Assembly: GCF_001194135.2 (NCBI RefSeq)
Contig: NC_068981.1
Span: forward strand, 196,469,284-196,508,599
Reading direction: 5' to 3'
Length of the DNA stretch: 39,316 bases
From: Octopus bimaculoides
Lineage: Eukaryota
Shown here piece by piece: positions 1 to 9,937 of the stretch; positions within the stretch are counted from its first letter, which is position 1, and every line of letters begins with the position of its first letter. Position numbers and translations under genes: made by a program. Under the pieces are notes generated by a model, which was not told the origin of the DNA, did not search any database, and saw only the letters and a program-made list of their open reading frames with translations.

Positions 1-413
1 ATATATATTATGCAAAAGAGTCGTAAGTCCAAAACGTTGCTTTTTCAGAAAACGAAAAAATAGCTTCACCATTCTGTAGCAAAACCGTTGTACTACACAT
101 TGACAATTTTTGATTTCTTGGCATCTGAAGCAGCTGGAGATACGATAGTTTGACCAAAAGAGCCACCTAATGCAAGCAAGAAGAAATATTGAAAAAAGAC
201 GCATTTTGACAAATTCGGACATACGACAGTTTAACAGAATTTTAACTCTTGTCCATTAGTGTTAAATAATCCAACCTGGGACTGGTTTTTGTTCTTCTCG
301 TTAATATATGATTAAAAGGTGCTGCCTCCCACCCGCGCCACTCTCTCTCTCCCTCTCTTTTTGTCTGTATCTTTGTTTCTTCCTCCCTCTCTCTCTTTAC
401 TTCTCTCACTCAG

Positions 414-520
414 TTGGTGTATAAGTGTGTATGTGTCTGTGAATGAGTGTATGTTTGCGAGAAAGAAAGAGAGAGTGTGTGTGTGAGTGCGCGTGTGTGC
501 GTGCGTGCGTGTGTGCTCAG
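414..520 (+). other. Candidate non-coding exon made of GT-rich simple sequence
   Basis: A long polypyrimidine tract (about 340-410) ends in CAG at 411-413. A consensus donor CAG|GTGAGT lies at 518-526. No coding signal. Confidence 0.3.
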
Positions 521-727
521 GTGAGTAACCGTACGACGTATCATATAAGTGAGATAAGTCGTGGCCGACATTGACCCTGGCTATGTCTATCTTAACAGCA
601 CCACCCATATAATTATGTTTTGGTTTTCATTTCACTTTGTCTAACCCTGAGTTTCTCTCCCACCACCACCGCCGCCGTCACCACCACCAACAACAATAGC
701 AACACCAACAAAGACAACAAGAATGAG

Positions 728-1606
728 GATTTCAAATTTCTGCCACAAGAACAGCTTGCGGGGAAGGGATTAAGTCGATTGCATCGACCCCAGTGTGTAA
801 CTGGTACTTAATTTATCGATCCCGAAAGGATGAAAGGCAAAGTCAATCTCGGCGGAATTTGAACTCAGAACGTAGCAACGGGCGAAATACTGCTAAGCAT
901 TTCGTCCACCGTGCTAACGATTCTTTTCTACTCTAGGCACAAGACCCGAAATTTTGCGGGGAGGGGAGGGGCAGTCGATTAGATCGACCCCAGTACGCAG
1001 CTCATAACGTAAAAACAGACGAAATCCCGCTAAATATTTATTTATTTATTGCTCACAGGGGACTAAACATAGAGGGGACAAACAAGGACAGACAAAGGGA
1101 TTAAGTCGATTACATCGACCTCTGTGCGTAACTGGCACGTATTTAATCGACCCCGAATGGATGAAAGGCAAAGTCGACCTCGGCGGAGTTTGAACTCAGA
1201 ACGTAACGGCACACGAAATACCGCTAAACATTTCGCCCGGCGTGCTAACGATTCTGCCAGCTCACCACCAAGAATAATCCTTTCTACTATAGGCACAAAG
1301 CCTGCAATTTGCGGGGAGGAACCGGCCGATGAGATCGACCCTAGTATGCAACTGGTACTTATTTCATCGACCCTGAAAGGATAAAAGGCAAAGTCGACTT
1401 CAGCGGAATTTGAACTCAGAACGTAAAGACAGAAGAAATATCGCTAAGCATTTCGCCCGACGTGCTAACGATTCTGCCAAGCTCGCTGCCTTCACCGGCA
1501 AGAATAATTTTTTCTACTCTAGGCAAAAGGCCCGAAAGTTTGGGGGAGGGGGCCTCGGCGGAATTTGAACTCAGAACGTAGCTAACGATTCTGCCAGCTC
1601 GCCGCC
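728..1606 (-). mobile_element. Cluster of five same-orientation tRNA-derived SINE-A copies (about 728-923, 924-1033, 1034-1268, 1271-1491, 1501-1606)
   Basis: Repeated reverse complement of GGCGGCGAGCTGGCAGAATCGTTAGCACGCCGGGCGAAATGCTTAGCGG...GAGTTCAAATTCCGCCGAGGTCGACTTTGCCTTTCATCCTTTCGGGGTCGAT. The head has A-box-like (TGGCAGAATCG) and B-box-like (GAGTTCAAATT) motifs. Confidence 0.9.
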
Positions 1607-1858
1607 CACACCGACAACAAGAATAATAACAGCAAAAACAATATGAACTCAATCAATACCAACAACAATAATAACAACAACACTTACAGTAATAACAATA
1701 GGAAGGACAATGTGTGTATAGCGACGGAGTGGCTGTGATTTCGTCTGGATCGAATGAAATGAGGAAATATTTAGGAAAGAGAGAGAAGAGAGGGAGAGAG
1801 AGAGAGAGAGAGAGAGNNNNNNNNNNNNNNNNNNNNNNNAGAGAGGGAGAGAGAGAGG

Positions 1859-1902
<44 letters not shown>

Positions 1903-1959
1903 AGGGTTGACGTGCCTTATTGTTGTTGTTGTTACTATCGTTATTATTATGTGTTTGTG

Positions 1960-2140
1960 GAGATCGGGTGGAAAGAAGAGGCAGGCGAGGCGCCGGCCTA
2001 ACCGACAAGATGGCGGAAGACGATCAGTGTCGCGTCTGTATGTTCAATTGTGTCAACCTCTGTCGTTGATACCCGATCCACCGAACACACCCGTTCACCA
2101 GCTCGTGACCACGTCAGCCCGTATTGCCGCCGCCTCCACC
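1960..2140 (+). promoter_or_regulatory. CpG-rich unique island with YY1/ETS-like motif CAAGATGGCGGAAG
   Basis: High GC/CpG relative to surroundings. CAAGATGGCGG at 2006-2016 matches the YY1 consensus and overlaps GCGGAAG (ETS-like). Motif match only. Confidence 0.35.
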
Positions 2141-2249
2141 ACCGACAACAACAACAATAACACCCGGAACCAGATTCACTATTGCAACAACAAAAAAAGT
2201 ACAATGAATAATAATAAATAATAAATAAAAAAAACCAGCTCAATCAACA

Positions 2250-2425
2250 GCGAACGAGGGAGCCGCTACGTGGTCACACGATCTGCTAGAAATATCAACC
2301 AAATCACCCTCAAATCATACCTTAATGTCTCGAAGATAGGCCTAATGTAATCTTATATACACCTTAAATAGATGAGACGGTCACGCCAGGAATACTTTTC
2401 ATCAGAAGTTATTTAATTCGGTCAT
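2250..2425 (+). repeat. Degenerate interspersed repeat (CTGCTAGAAATAGCAGCCAAAT...GGTCACGGCTGGAATACTTTTGATCA family); further copies at about 2895-3055 and 3100-3160
   Basis: The local copies share ctgctagaaata..ccaaat and ggtcacg.c.ggaatactttt.atca blocks. Confidence 0.6.
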
Positions 2426-2455
2426 TTCCTCAACAATAGCAACAAAAAGAATATT

Positions 2456-2606
2456 GACTGTGTAGCAAGAAGCTTGCTTCCCAACCACATGGTTCCGGGT
2501 TCAGTCCCACTGCGTGTTACCTTGGGCAAGTGTCTTCTACTATAACCTCGGGCCAACCAAAGCCTTGTGAGTGGATTTGGTAGACGGAAACTGAAAGAAG
2601 CCCATC

Positions 2607-2665
<59 letters not shown>

Positions 2666-2870
2666 TATGTGTCTTGCATCTGTATCTGTCCCCCACTACC
2701 CCTTGACAGACAGTGTTGATGTGTTTACGTCCCTGTAACTTAGCGGTTCGGCAAAAGGGCCCGATAGAGTAAGTACTAGGCTTAACAAAAACTAAGTACT
2801 GGTATCGACTAAGAATTCTTCAAGGCGGTGCCCCAGCATGGCCGCAGTCTAATGACTGAGACAAGGAAAG
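2456..2870 (+). mobile_element. Full-length tRNA-derived SINE-B with internal (TA)n
   Basis: Head ...GTAGCAAGAAGCTTGCTTCCCAACCACATGGTTCCGGGTTCAGTCCC (B-box), then CCTTGGGCAAG, (TA)n at about 2608-2661, and 3' part ...GGCGGTGCCCCAGCATGGCCGCAGTC. Matches 19870-20325. Confidence 0.9.
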
Positions 2871-3167
2871 AAGGCAGAAAAATACCTCTACATGGATAAT
2901 TACTCCGCTTGAAATAGCAGCCAAATTTCCTTCAAATCACCTTGCTGCCTTAAAGTCGAGCTTAATATAATCTTGTATGCATCTAAAGACGTCGGTGTGG
3001 TCACGGCTGGAATACTTTTGATCATAGGTTATTTAACTCGGTCAAATGAAACATTAGTAATAGCAACAACAATAACAATTCAAACTAAGGAGTATACACC
3101 TATGTGGACAGTTAGTCTGCTAGAAATAGTAACCAAATCTCCTTCATCCACACATGTATCATATCAA

Positions 3168-3389
3168 GAACATATTGATTTCAAATTTTGCCACAAGGCC
3201 AACAATTTCATGGGAGGGGGTAAGTCAATTAGATCGACCCTCATTGTATAACTGGTACTTAATTTATTGACCTCGAAAGGATATAAGGCAAAGTCGACCT
3301 AGGCGGAATTTGAACTCAGAACGGAAAGATGAACGAAAAGCCGCAAAGCATTTTGCCCGATGCGATAACGATTCTGCCAGCCCGCCGCC
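3168..3389 (-). mobile_element. SINE-A copy
   Basis: Same head and body as the 728-1606 cluster. Confidence 0.9.
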
Positions 3390-3650
3390 ATATCAAGGAT
3401 ATATTAGCACCCCTCTCGAGCTGGTTACTCACGTGACACCTCAGATACTCCAATCACTCACTCTCACCTACCATCCATATTATATCTAACTAGTTTAATC
3501 CACTATTTTCACTTCTTTCTCCCCGGAAACTGGACCCTCTTAAAACTTCCTCTCTGTGCATGTCTTTCTTGCAGTCGTCAACCAAACAGATTAACCTTAT
3601 CGATGTCAGACAAACCCCGAATGCTCTGGACACCGTTCAAATTGATAAAC

Positions 3651-3856
3651 GTTTCAAATTTATCACAGAGCTATTACTTTCGTTGGAGGGGTAAGTCAAT
3701 GACATCGACCCCAGTACGCAACTGGTACTTAATTTATCGACCCCGAAAGGATGAAAAGCAAAGTCCACCTCGGGCAGAATTTGAACTCAGAAGGTAAAAA
3801 CGGACGAAATGCATCATTTTAACCGATGCGGTAGTGATTCTACCAGTTCGCCGCCT
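3651..3856 (-). mobile_element. SINE-A copy
   Basis: gacatcgaccccagtacgcaactggtacttaatttatcgaccccgaaaggatgaaa ... accagttcgccgcc. Confidence 0.85.
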
Positions 3857-3885
3857 TTATACTGTCCAACCTAATAATAATAATT

Positions 3886-4058
3886 GTTTCAAAGGATTAA
3901 TTTAAACAATTGCATCGACCCCAGTGCGTAACTGGTACTTATTCTTAACGACCTCGAAAGGATGAAAGACAAAACCGCCTTGGGCAGAATTCGAACTTAG
4001 AATGTAAAGATCCGGAAGAAATATCGCAAGGCATTTATTCCGATGCTCTACCGATTCA
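3886..4058 (-). mobile_element. SINE-A copy, diverged
   Basis: gcatcgaccccagtgcgtaactggtactta ... gcagaattcgaacttagaatgtaaag. Confidence 0.8.
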
Positions 4059-4209
4059 ATGAACACCATAAATCACATCTTAAAGTAAGGACGTATTTAG
4101 TGTGGCCGTTGGGGTATCAATCGTGGAAATAATGTGGTAGACATGATTGGGTGTATTTGATCCATCGGACCAAACCCTGGGCTAAAACAACAGCGGTAAT
4201 TTCAACACC

Positions 4210-4558
4210 GTTATTAAGGGCCAACCTGGAAGCTGTCTCCATCAGATCATTTCGCTCTGCCAGAAATAACACGCAAATAAGCCTCAAACCCATCACGCCG
4301 TTACTAAAATTGGAAAGACACATCGGTAAATGTAGACTTGGAGAATTTTCGGAGTTCTTTTAACATTTGAATTTCCAACTGTTAGCATAAACCAAAATCT
4401 CATCCAGACCTGATCCCAATACTGGATGTTCAAGAACCACATGATGGTCAGATTTTCAATCCAGGTATCATCTTGATTCCAAAAAGGTATAATATGTCTA
4501 TGTAGAGCAAATCTAGACTGAGATACAAGGGTCCCAGACGGACAGACAGAATTTCGCG

Positions 4559-4565
<7 letters not shown>
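4210..4565 (+). mobile_element. Possible non-autonomous Helitron-like 3' end
   Basis: Ends in CAGACGGACAGACAGAATTTCGCGTTTATT, resembling the GACAGACAGAC...TTTCGC..TTAT termini of invertebrate non-autonomous Helitrons. Resemblance only. Confidence 0.3.
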
Positions 4566-4590
<25 letters not shown>

Positions 4591-4609
4591 GATTATTATT
4601 ATTATTATT
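4560..4609. repeat. (TTA)n microsatellite at the 3' end of the R4/Dong-like element
   Basis: Read directly from the sequence. Confidence 0.95.
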
Positions 4610-5445
4610 CAGTTGCCCTATTTTTATCACGTGCTTTCACTTCACTACCGAGCGCAGCTCTGTATGCCTTGGGTATGTGCTGTGGTTTATTGTGATGCCC
4701 AGTAGTGCAATTTTCTGTATGTTATATATATTTGTTAGTCCTGGTGTTTTTGTTATGTATTTGTCTGAATATTTTTTTTATTATACCTAATGCACCTATT
4801 ATGATACGAATTGTTTCTGTTTTTAGATTCCACATTCGAGTTGCCTCTATTTCCAGGTCTTTGTATTTTGAAAGTTTTTCCGTTTCTTTTAGAGAAACGT
4901 TGTCATCTGCTGGTATTGATACATCAATTAGAAAGCATTTTTTTTTTAATGATCTCTGACAACTATATCTGGTCTATTTACCTTAATTTCTCTATCTGTG
5001 TGTATTGGCATNNNNNNNNNNNNNNNNNNNNNNNNNNNNNNNNNNNNNNNNNNNNNNNNNNNNNNNNNNNNNNNNNNNNNCCTTTTCTGGCGTGTGTTTA
5101 TACCATCTTTTTTTCTGTTGTTATTCCATAGTGTTGGCATAGCTTCCAGTGTATATAGGTCCCAGCTCTGTCGTGTCTGTGAATATATTCCTTCTTAGCC
5201 AGGACTGGGCAGCCAGAGATAATATGATTTATTGTTTCTTGTCCATCTCCACATATTCTGCAGTTACTTGTTATGTTTCTTTTCATTATATGTTTTTGGT
5301 AATTTCTGGTGGGGAGGCTTTGGTCTTGTGCTGCAATTAAAAATCCTTCAGTCTCTGCTTTGAGTCCTCAGCTTCTCAACCATTGCTGGGATTTTGCTTT
5401 GTCTATTTCTTTTCTGTTTAGTTTAACCCATACTTGGACTAAAAA
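4610..5445 (-). mobile_element. 5'-truncated, decayed R4/Dong-type non-LTR retrotransposon: CCHC knuckle, RLE domain and 3' UTR
   Basis: Minus-strand frames read GLKAETEGFLIAAQDQSLPTRNYQKHIMKRNITSNCRICGDGQETINHIISGCPVLAKKEYIHRHD, TDREIKVNRPDIVVRDH, CFLIDVSIPADDNVSLKETEKLSKYKDLEIE and NIQKIALLG. These are the CCHC and PD..D.xK motifs of R4-clade elements, with stops, frameshifts and one N gap. Confidence 0.88.
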
Positions 5446-5887
5446 ACTTCAACATCCCTTCAAACATCACCACCACCACCACGACAACCCCAAAACATAG
5501 CCGCCACCGCCACCGCCACCGCTATCGTCACTACCATTGACTACGACTACAACCATTTCAGTCCACCGTCAGAAGCCCCGGCGACAGCAAGAGCAGGAAG
5601 CAACAGTAGGAATCCACTAAAACGTCATTAGAGCTAACCTTTGACACGAAAGATCAAATGTTTTGCGACGTCTGTCTCAATTCAGTGAGCCATGTGTCTG
5701 ACGATAGCGATTCATGTCTCTATTGCCTCGCACTTCACCTCCCTTACAATTACTATACCCGCACACTGTGGTAGGAGGTTTACACAGAAAGAAGTCGCTG
5801 CCTGCTTTTACGTCATGGCTAACTTACAAGTATCGATGGCCGCCACCGAGCACAATGTAGCTTCTATTTATACGCTTCAGCAAAATA

Positions 5888-6012
5888 TTTTTTCTTTTAT
5901 TGTTTACTTGTTTCAGACATTAGACCATGGCCATGCTGGGGCACCACTTTGAAGAATTTTAGTCGAATAAATCGATTCCAGGACTCAGCTTTTTTTTAAA
6001 GTCTGGTACTTT
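5888..6012 (-). mobile_element. SINE-B 3' fragment
   Basis: Reverse complement of GGTGCCCCAGCATGGCCATGGTCTAATGTCTGAAACAAG. Confidence 0.75.
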
Positions 6013-6250
6013 TACTACCCGCGGCTGTTGGACACACGCACACAAACACACACACATATATATATACATATAAATATATATATATATGTGGGTGGCTGGT
6101 GAGGGAGATGTTCTCTGTGTGGCTCGTGTGTTCTCGTCTGCGTTTGTTTGCAATGTCCTGTACCCAGATATGCACCTATACATATAGGTGGATGTCGGTA
6201 TGCACATACCTGTACGTATATATGCATATACTCATTTACTATTTGTTTTT

Positions 6251-6285
<35 letters not shown>

Positions 6286-7175
6286 NNNNNNNNNNNNNNN
6301 NNNNNNNNNNNNNNNNNNNNNNNNNNNNNNNNNNNNNNNNNNNNNNNNNNNNNNNNNNNNNNNNNNNNNNNNNNNNNNNNNNNNNNNNNNNNNNNNNNNN
6401 NNNNNNNNNNNNNNNNNNNNNNNNNNNNNNNNNNNNNNNNNNNNNNNNNNNNNNNNNNNNNNNNNNNNNNNNNNNNNNNNNNNNNNNNNNNNNNNNNNNN
6501 NNNNNNNNNNNNNNNNNNNNNNNNNNNNNNNNNNNNNNNNNNNNNNNNNNNNNNNNNNNNNNNNNNNNNNNNNNNNNNNNNNNNNNNNNNNNNNNNNNNN
6601 NNNNNNNNNNNNNNNNNNNNNNNNNNNNNNNNNNNNNNNNNNNNNNNNNNNNNNNNNNNNNNNNNNNNNNNNNNNNNNNNNNNNNNNNNNNNNNNNNNNN
6701 NNNNNNNNNNNNNNNNNNNNNNNNNNNNNNNNNNNNNNNNNNNNNNNNNNNNNNNNNNNNNNNNNNNNNNNNNNNNNNNNNNNNNNNNNNNNNNNNNNNN
6801 NNNNNNNNTATATATATATATATATATTAGAAGGTTTGGAAGTGATGTACAGGTATTATATATTAGAAAACATAATAAGGTATTCAGAGATCTGGATGGT
6901 TGTACATTTACAGATTTTTATTAATATGTCAGATGTTTTTATAAATCATATATTAGCGCTGACCAGCTGGATACTGATGTCCGTATGTAATAACCGACTG
7001 CTCTGTGACCCTGAAATTTACGGTGGTGCGCCTTGCCTACAAATCAGCTTGCTACAGATTATAGAGATTAAGTCCCAGTTGGATTAGCTGAAATTCCTCT
7101 TAACTAAATACCAAATTCAAATGAAGATATGAACTGTTGTATTCGAGGAATTCTTTCGTTTTTATTATTTTCCCT

Positions 7176-7277
7176 TAGCCGTAGGACTCATAAGGTTGGT
7201 CACCTGGAGTCCAACCGTAGGAGAGATTCAGATCATAATAATCCCCCTGGATGGGACGTTGGTTCATTGCAGGGTTG
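7176..7277 (-). mobile_element. Degenerate SINE 3' part (AACCCTGCAATGAACCAACGTCCCATCCAGGGG type), related to 23457-23680
   Basis: The shared aaccctgc...cccatccagggg motif resembles the V-SINE-type conserved domain. Confidence 0.5.
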
Positions 7278-7280
7278 AAG

Positions 7281-7895
7281 TAATTTTGAGGAGAGGAAAT
7301 TAGTCGATTATATCGCCCCCGTTATTTGAATGGTACTTTATTTTATCGATCTCGAAGAGACGAAAGGCAAAGTCGGTCTCGGCATTTTGGCCAATGCGCT
7401 AACGATTCAGCCAGCATGCTGACTTATGTATGCCAGGAATATTGATTTCAAATTTTAGCACAAGGCCAGTAAGTTCAGGGGATTAGGTAAGTCGATAACA
7501 TCGACCCGAGTGTCCAACTGGTACTTAATTTATCGACCCCGAAAGGATGAAAGGCAAGGTCGACCTGAGCGGAATTTGAACCCGGAACGTAAAGACAGAC
7601 GAAATACCGCTAAGTATTTCGCCCGGCGTGCTAAAGTTTCTGCCAGCTCGCCGCTTTATGTATTCTTGAAAATATTACAATATTTCAATATATTCTTAAT
7701 GTTTCCTCCGTTTCTGCCACTGGATTCTGGCCGCGAGGGGGCCACGACCTTTTACAGTAGAGTCAATTACATCAATTTTTAACATATTTTATTTCATCAA
7801 CTTTGGCAAGATGAAGGAGTAACACCAGCCTGGTCGGGATTTGAACTTGGAACGTAAAATAACTATTTCTTTATTGCCCACAGGGGGCTAAACAT
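7281..7895 (-). mobile_element. Four SINE-A copies or fragments (about 7281-7426, 7436-7656, 7720-7858, tail 7862-7895)
   Basis: Repeated SINE-A body. The last tail (ctttattgcccacagggggctaaacat) abuts the N gap. Confidence 0.85.
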
Positions 7896-8253
7896 NNNNN
7901 NNNNNNNNNNNNNNNNNNNNNNNNNNNNNNNNNNNNNNNNNNNNNNNNNNNNNNNNNNNNNNNNNNNNNNNNNNNNNNNNNNNNNNNNNNNNNNNNNNNN
8001 NNNNNNNNNNNNNNNNNNNNNNNNNNNNNNNNNNNNNNNNNNNNNNNNNNNNNNNNNNNNNNNNNNNNNNNNNNNNNNNNNNNNNNNNNNNNNNNNNNNN
8101 NNNNNNNNNNNNNNNNNNNNNNNNNNNNNNNNNNNNNNNNNNNNNNNNNNNNNNNNNNNNNNNNNNCATCTGGACATCGGTCAGAGCCTTAAAGTTCAGA
8201 GAACCTATGAATATCAAGACGGGTGCCTCTACCAGAAAAAAATATATATATAA

Positions 8254-8563
8254 AAAGATTATTTGCCAACGTAACATGGCAGTCCTGGTTTAGGACTAAT
8301 GTTGCTGTAATTTAGTCCCAGGAGACATCGTCTCCAGCTGGCTATACGACACGATCTGTGTCCTTATATTTTCCAATAAATGAATCTAGCACCCCCACTC
8401 AGCTCAAAACAATATCTTTTGGGGATGCTAGATTCCCTTGTTCGAAAATATAAGGACACAGATCGTGTCGTATAGCCAGCTGGAGACGATATCTCCTGGG
8501 ATTAAATTACAGCAACAATTGTCCTAAACCAGGACTGCTATGTTATGTTGGCAAATAATCTTT
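8254..8563. repeat. Long fold-back inverted repeat (MITE-like); arms about 8254-8395 and 8421-8563
   Basis: Left arm AAAGATTATTTGCCAAC...CCAGCTGGCTATACGACACGATCTGTGTCCTTATATTTTC is the reverse complement of the right arm GAAAATATAAGGACACAGATCGTGTCGTATAGCCAGCTGG...GTTGGCAAATAATCTTT, with few mismatches. No clear TSD. Confidence 0.92.
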
Positions 8564-8800
8564 ACTACGAAGTACTGTTGCTGAATATCTCAAGTTGTGA
8601 GATTTAAAAATAGTAATTTTCAAATATAAAAAGCTCTAATATTTCTTGTCCCTCGAGTCACGAAAGAAATTTTGTTCCACCTTGTAGCGGTAACGATACG
8701 GTTCCAACCAAAAACTAAATGTTGGCGACGTAGGGTAGATGCTTCGGGTGTTGGGACTAATTTATGGTACACACCACTTCCAGTATAATCAATACAACGT

Positions 8801-8876
8801 AGGGCTGCGAGCTGGCAGAATCGTTAGCACGCCGGATAAAAAGATTAGTGTCATTTTGTACGTTTTTATGTTCTAA
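8801..8876 (+). mobile_element. SINE-A head fragment
   Basis: gggctgcgagctggcagaatcgttagcacgccgg. Confidence 0.75.
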
Positions 8877-9047
8877 GTGAGTCGGTCATGTACACTGAAG
8901 GCGAAGGTTCAAGTCGAACGGGCATTCTTTTTCCATCCAAGGGTTTTTTCAACCTAATATTTACACCATATTGCTTATAGGTTGGTCTACTTTAAGTTTC
9001 ACTCTTAAAAACAATTTACGTGTGTGTGTGTGTGTGTGTGTGTGTTT

Positions 9048-9190
9048 CTCACAGCTTGGTAACTGAGGTTGGTTTGTTTACGTCACAAAAACTAGCAGCT
9101 GGACCAAAAGGTTCGACGAAATAAGTCCTGGGATCATGTTGATCGACTAAGATCTTCAGAATGGTTCTCCGGCGAAGCCGCACTACGATA
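9048..9190 (+). mobile_element. Diverged SINE-B 3' fragment
   Basis: ggtttgtttacgtc...gaaataagtcctgggatcatgttgatcgactaag matches the SINE-B 3' half. Confidence 0.6.
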
Positions 9191-9213
9191 ATAGAAACGA
9201 AAATAAATAAAGA

Positions 9214-9295
<82 letters not shown>

Positions 9296-9860
9296 TCGTT
9301 CACATGTGTATATTTAGATTTACTTGTGCCTAACACATACACATCTCTACATAACCAATTATCATATGTCGAAGAGTCACTCCTATGGAGACATTCATAA
9401 AACACACACACACACTCACATACACATACGTATACTGCTACAAACACACAAACATATATACATATATACACATATATACACATTCAGTGAAGCAAGTACG
9501 TTTGGAGAAGGTCACGGACGTCTTTTTTTTTTTTAGGAAGTGAAAAATCACTGATGAGGAAAATGTGTCATAGAAATTCACCTCGCGCGCGCGCGCACAC
9601 AACACGCACATGCATACACACATGTAAAACCAATAAGAAAATGTCATTACTATGATGACATACCGTAAAAATGTCAATAACCACCACTTGCTATGTATGT
9701 ATACGTGTGTGTGAGTGTGTGTGTGTGCGTGCGTGTGCATGCGTGTATGTATGTATGTATGTATGTAGGTAGGTAGGTAGGTAGGTAGGTAGGTAGGTAG
9801 GTAGGTAGGTAGGTAGAGAGTCATGTATGTATGTATGCATGCGGACAAATAAAATAAAAC

Positions 9861-9937
9861 TTCATTCAGAAAACAAAATGGCGGAAGACAAAGAGAACCC
9901 GGATGAGGTTGTAACTGTCGAAGATGTTGTTTGACAG
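9861..9937 (+). other. Candidate first exon / TSS region with YY1-like CAAAATGGCGG and donor CAG|GTAACA
   Basis: ATG at 9878 in AAAATGG context opens MAEDKENPDEVVTVEDVV, followed by TGA (9932-9934), CAG, and GT at 9938. The start boundary is unknown. Confidence 0.35.

Noticed and set aside
312-608. ORF MGGAVKIDIARVNVGHDLSHLYDTSYGYSPEH...
   Set aside because: About 30 unremarkable residues followed by microsatellite translation; no recognisable domain.
728-1606. CRISPR-like or satellite array
   Set aside because: The units are diverged SINE copies of 100-230 bp with irregular truncation; there is no constant repeat-spacer structure, and the DNA is eukaryotic.
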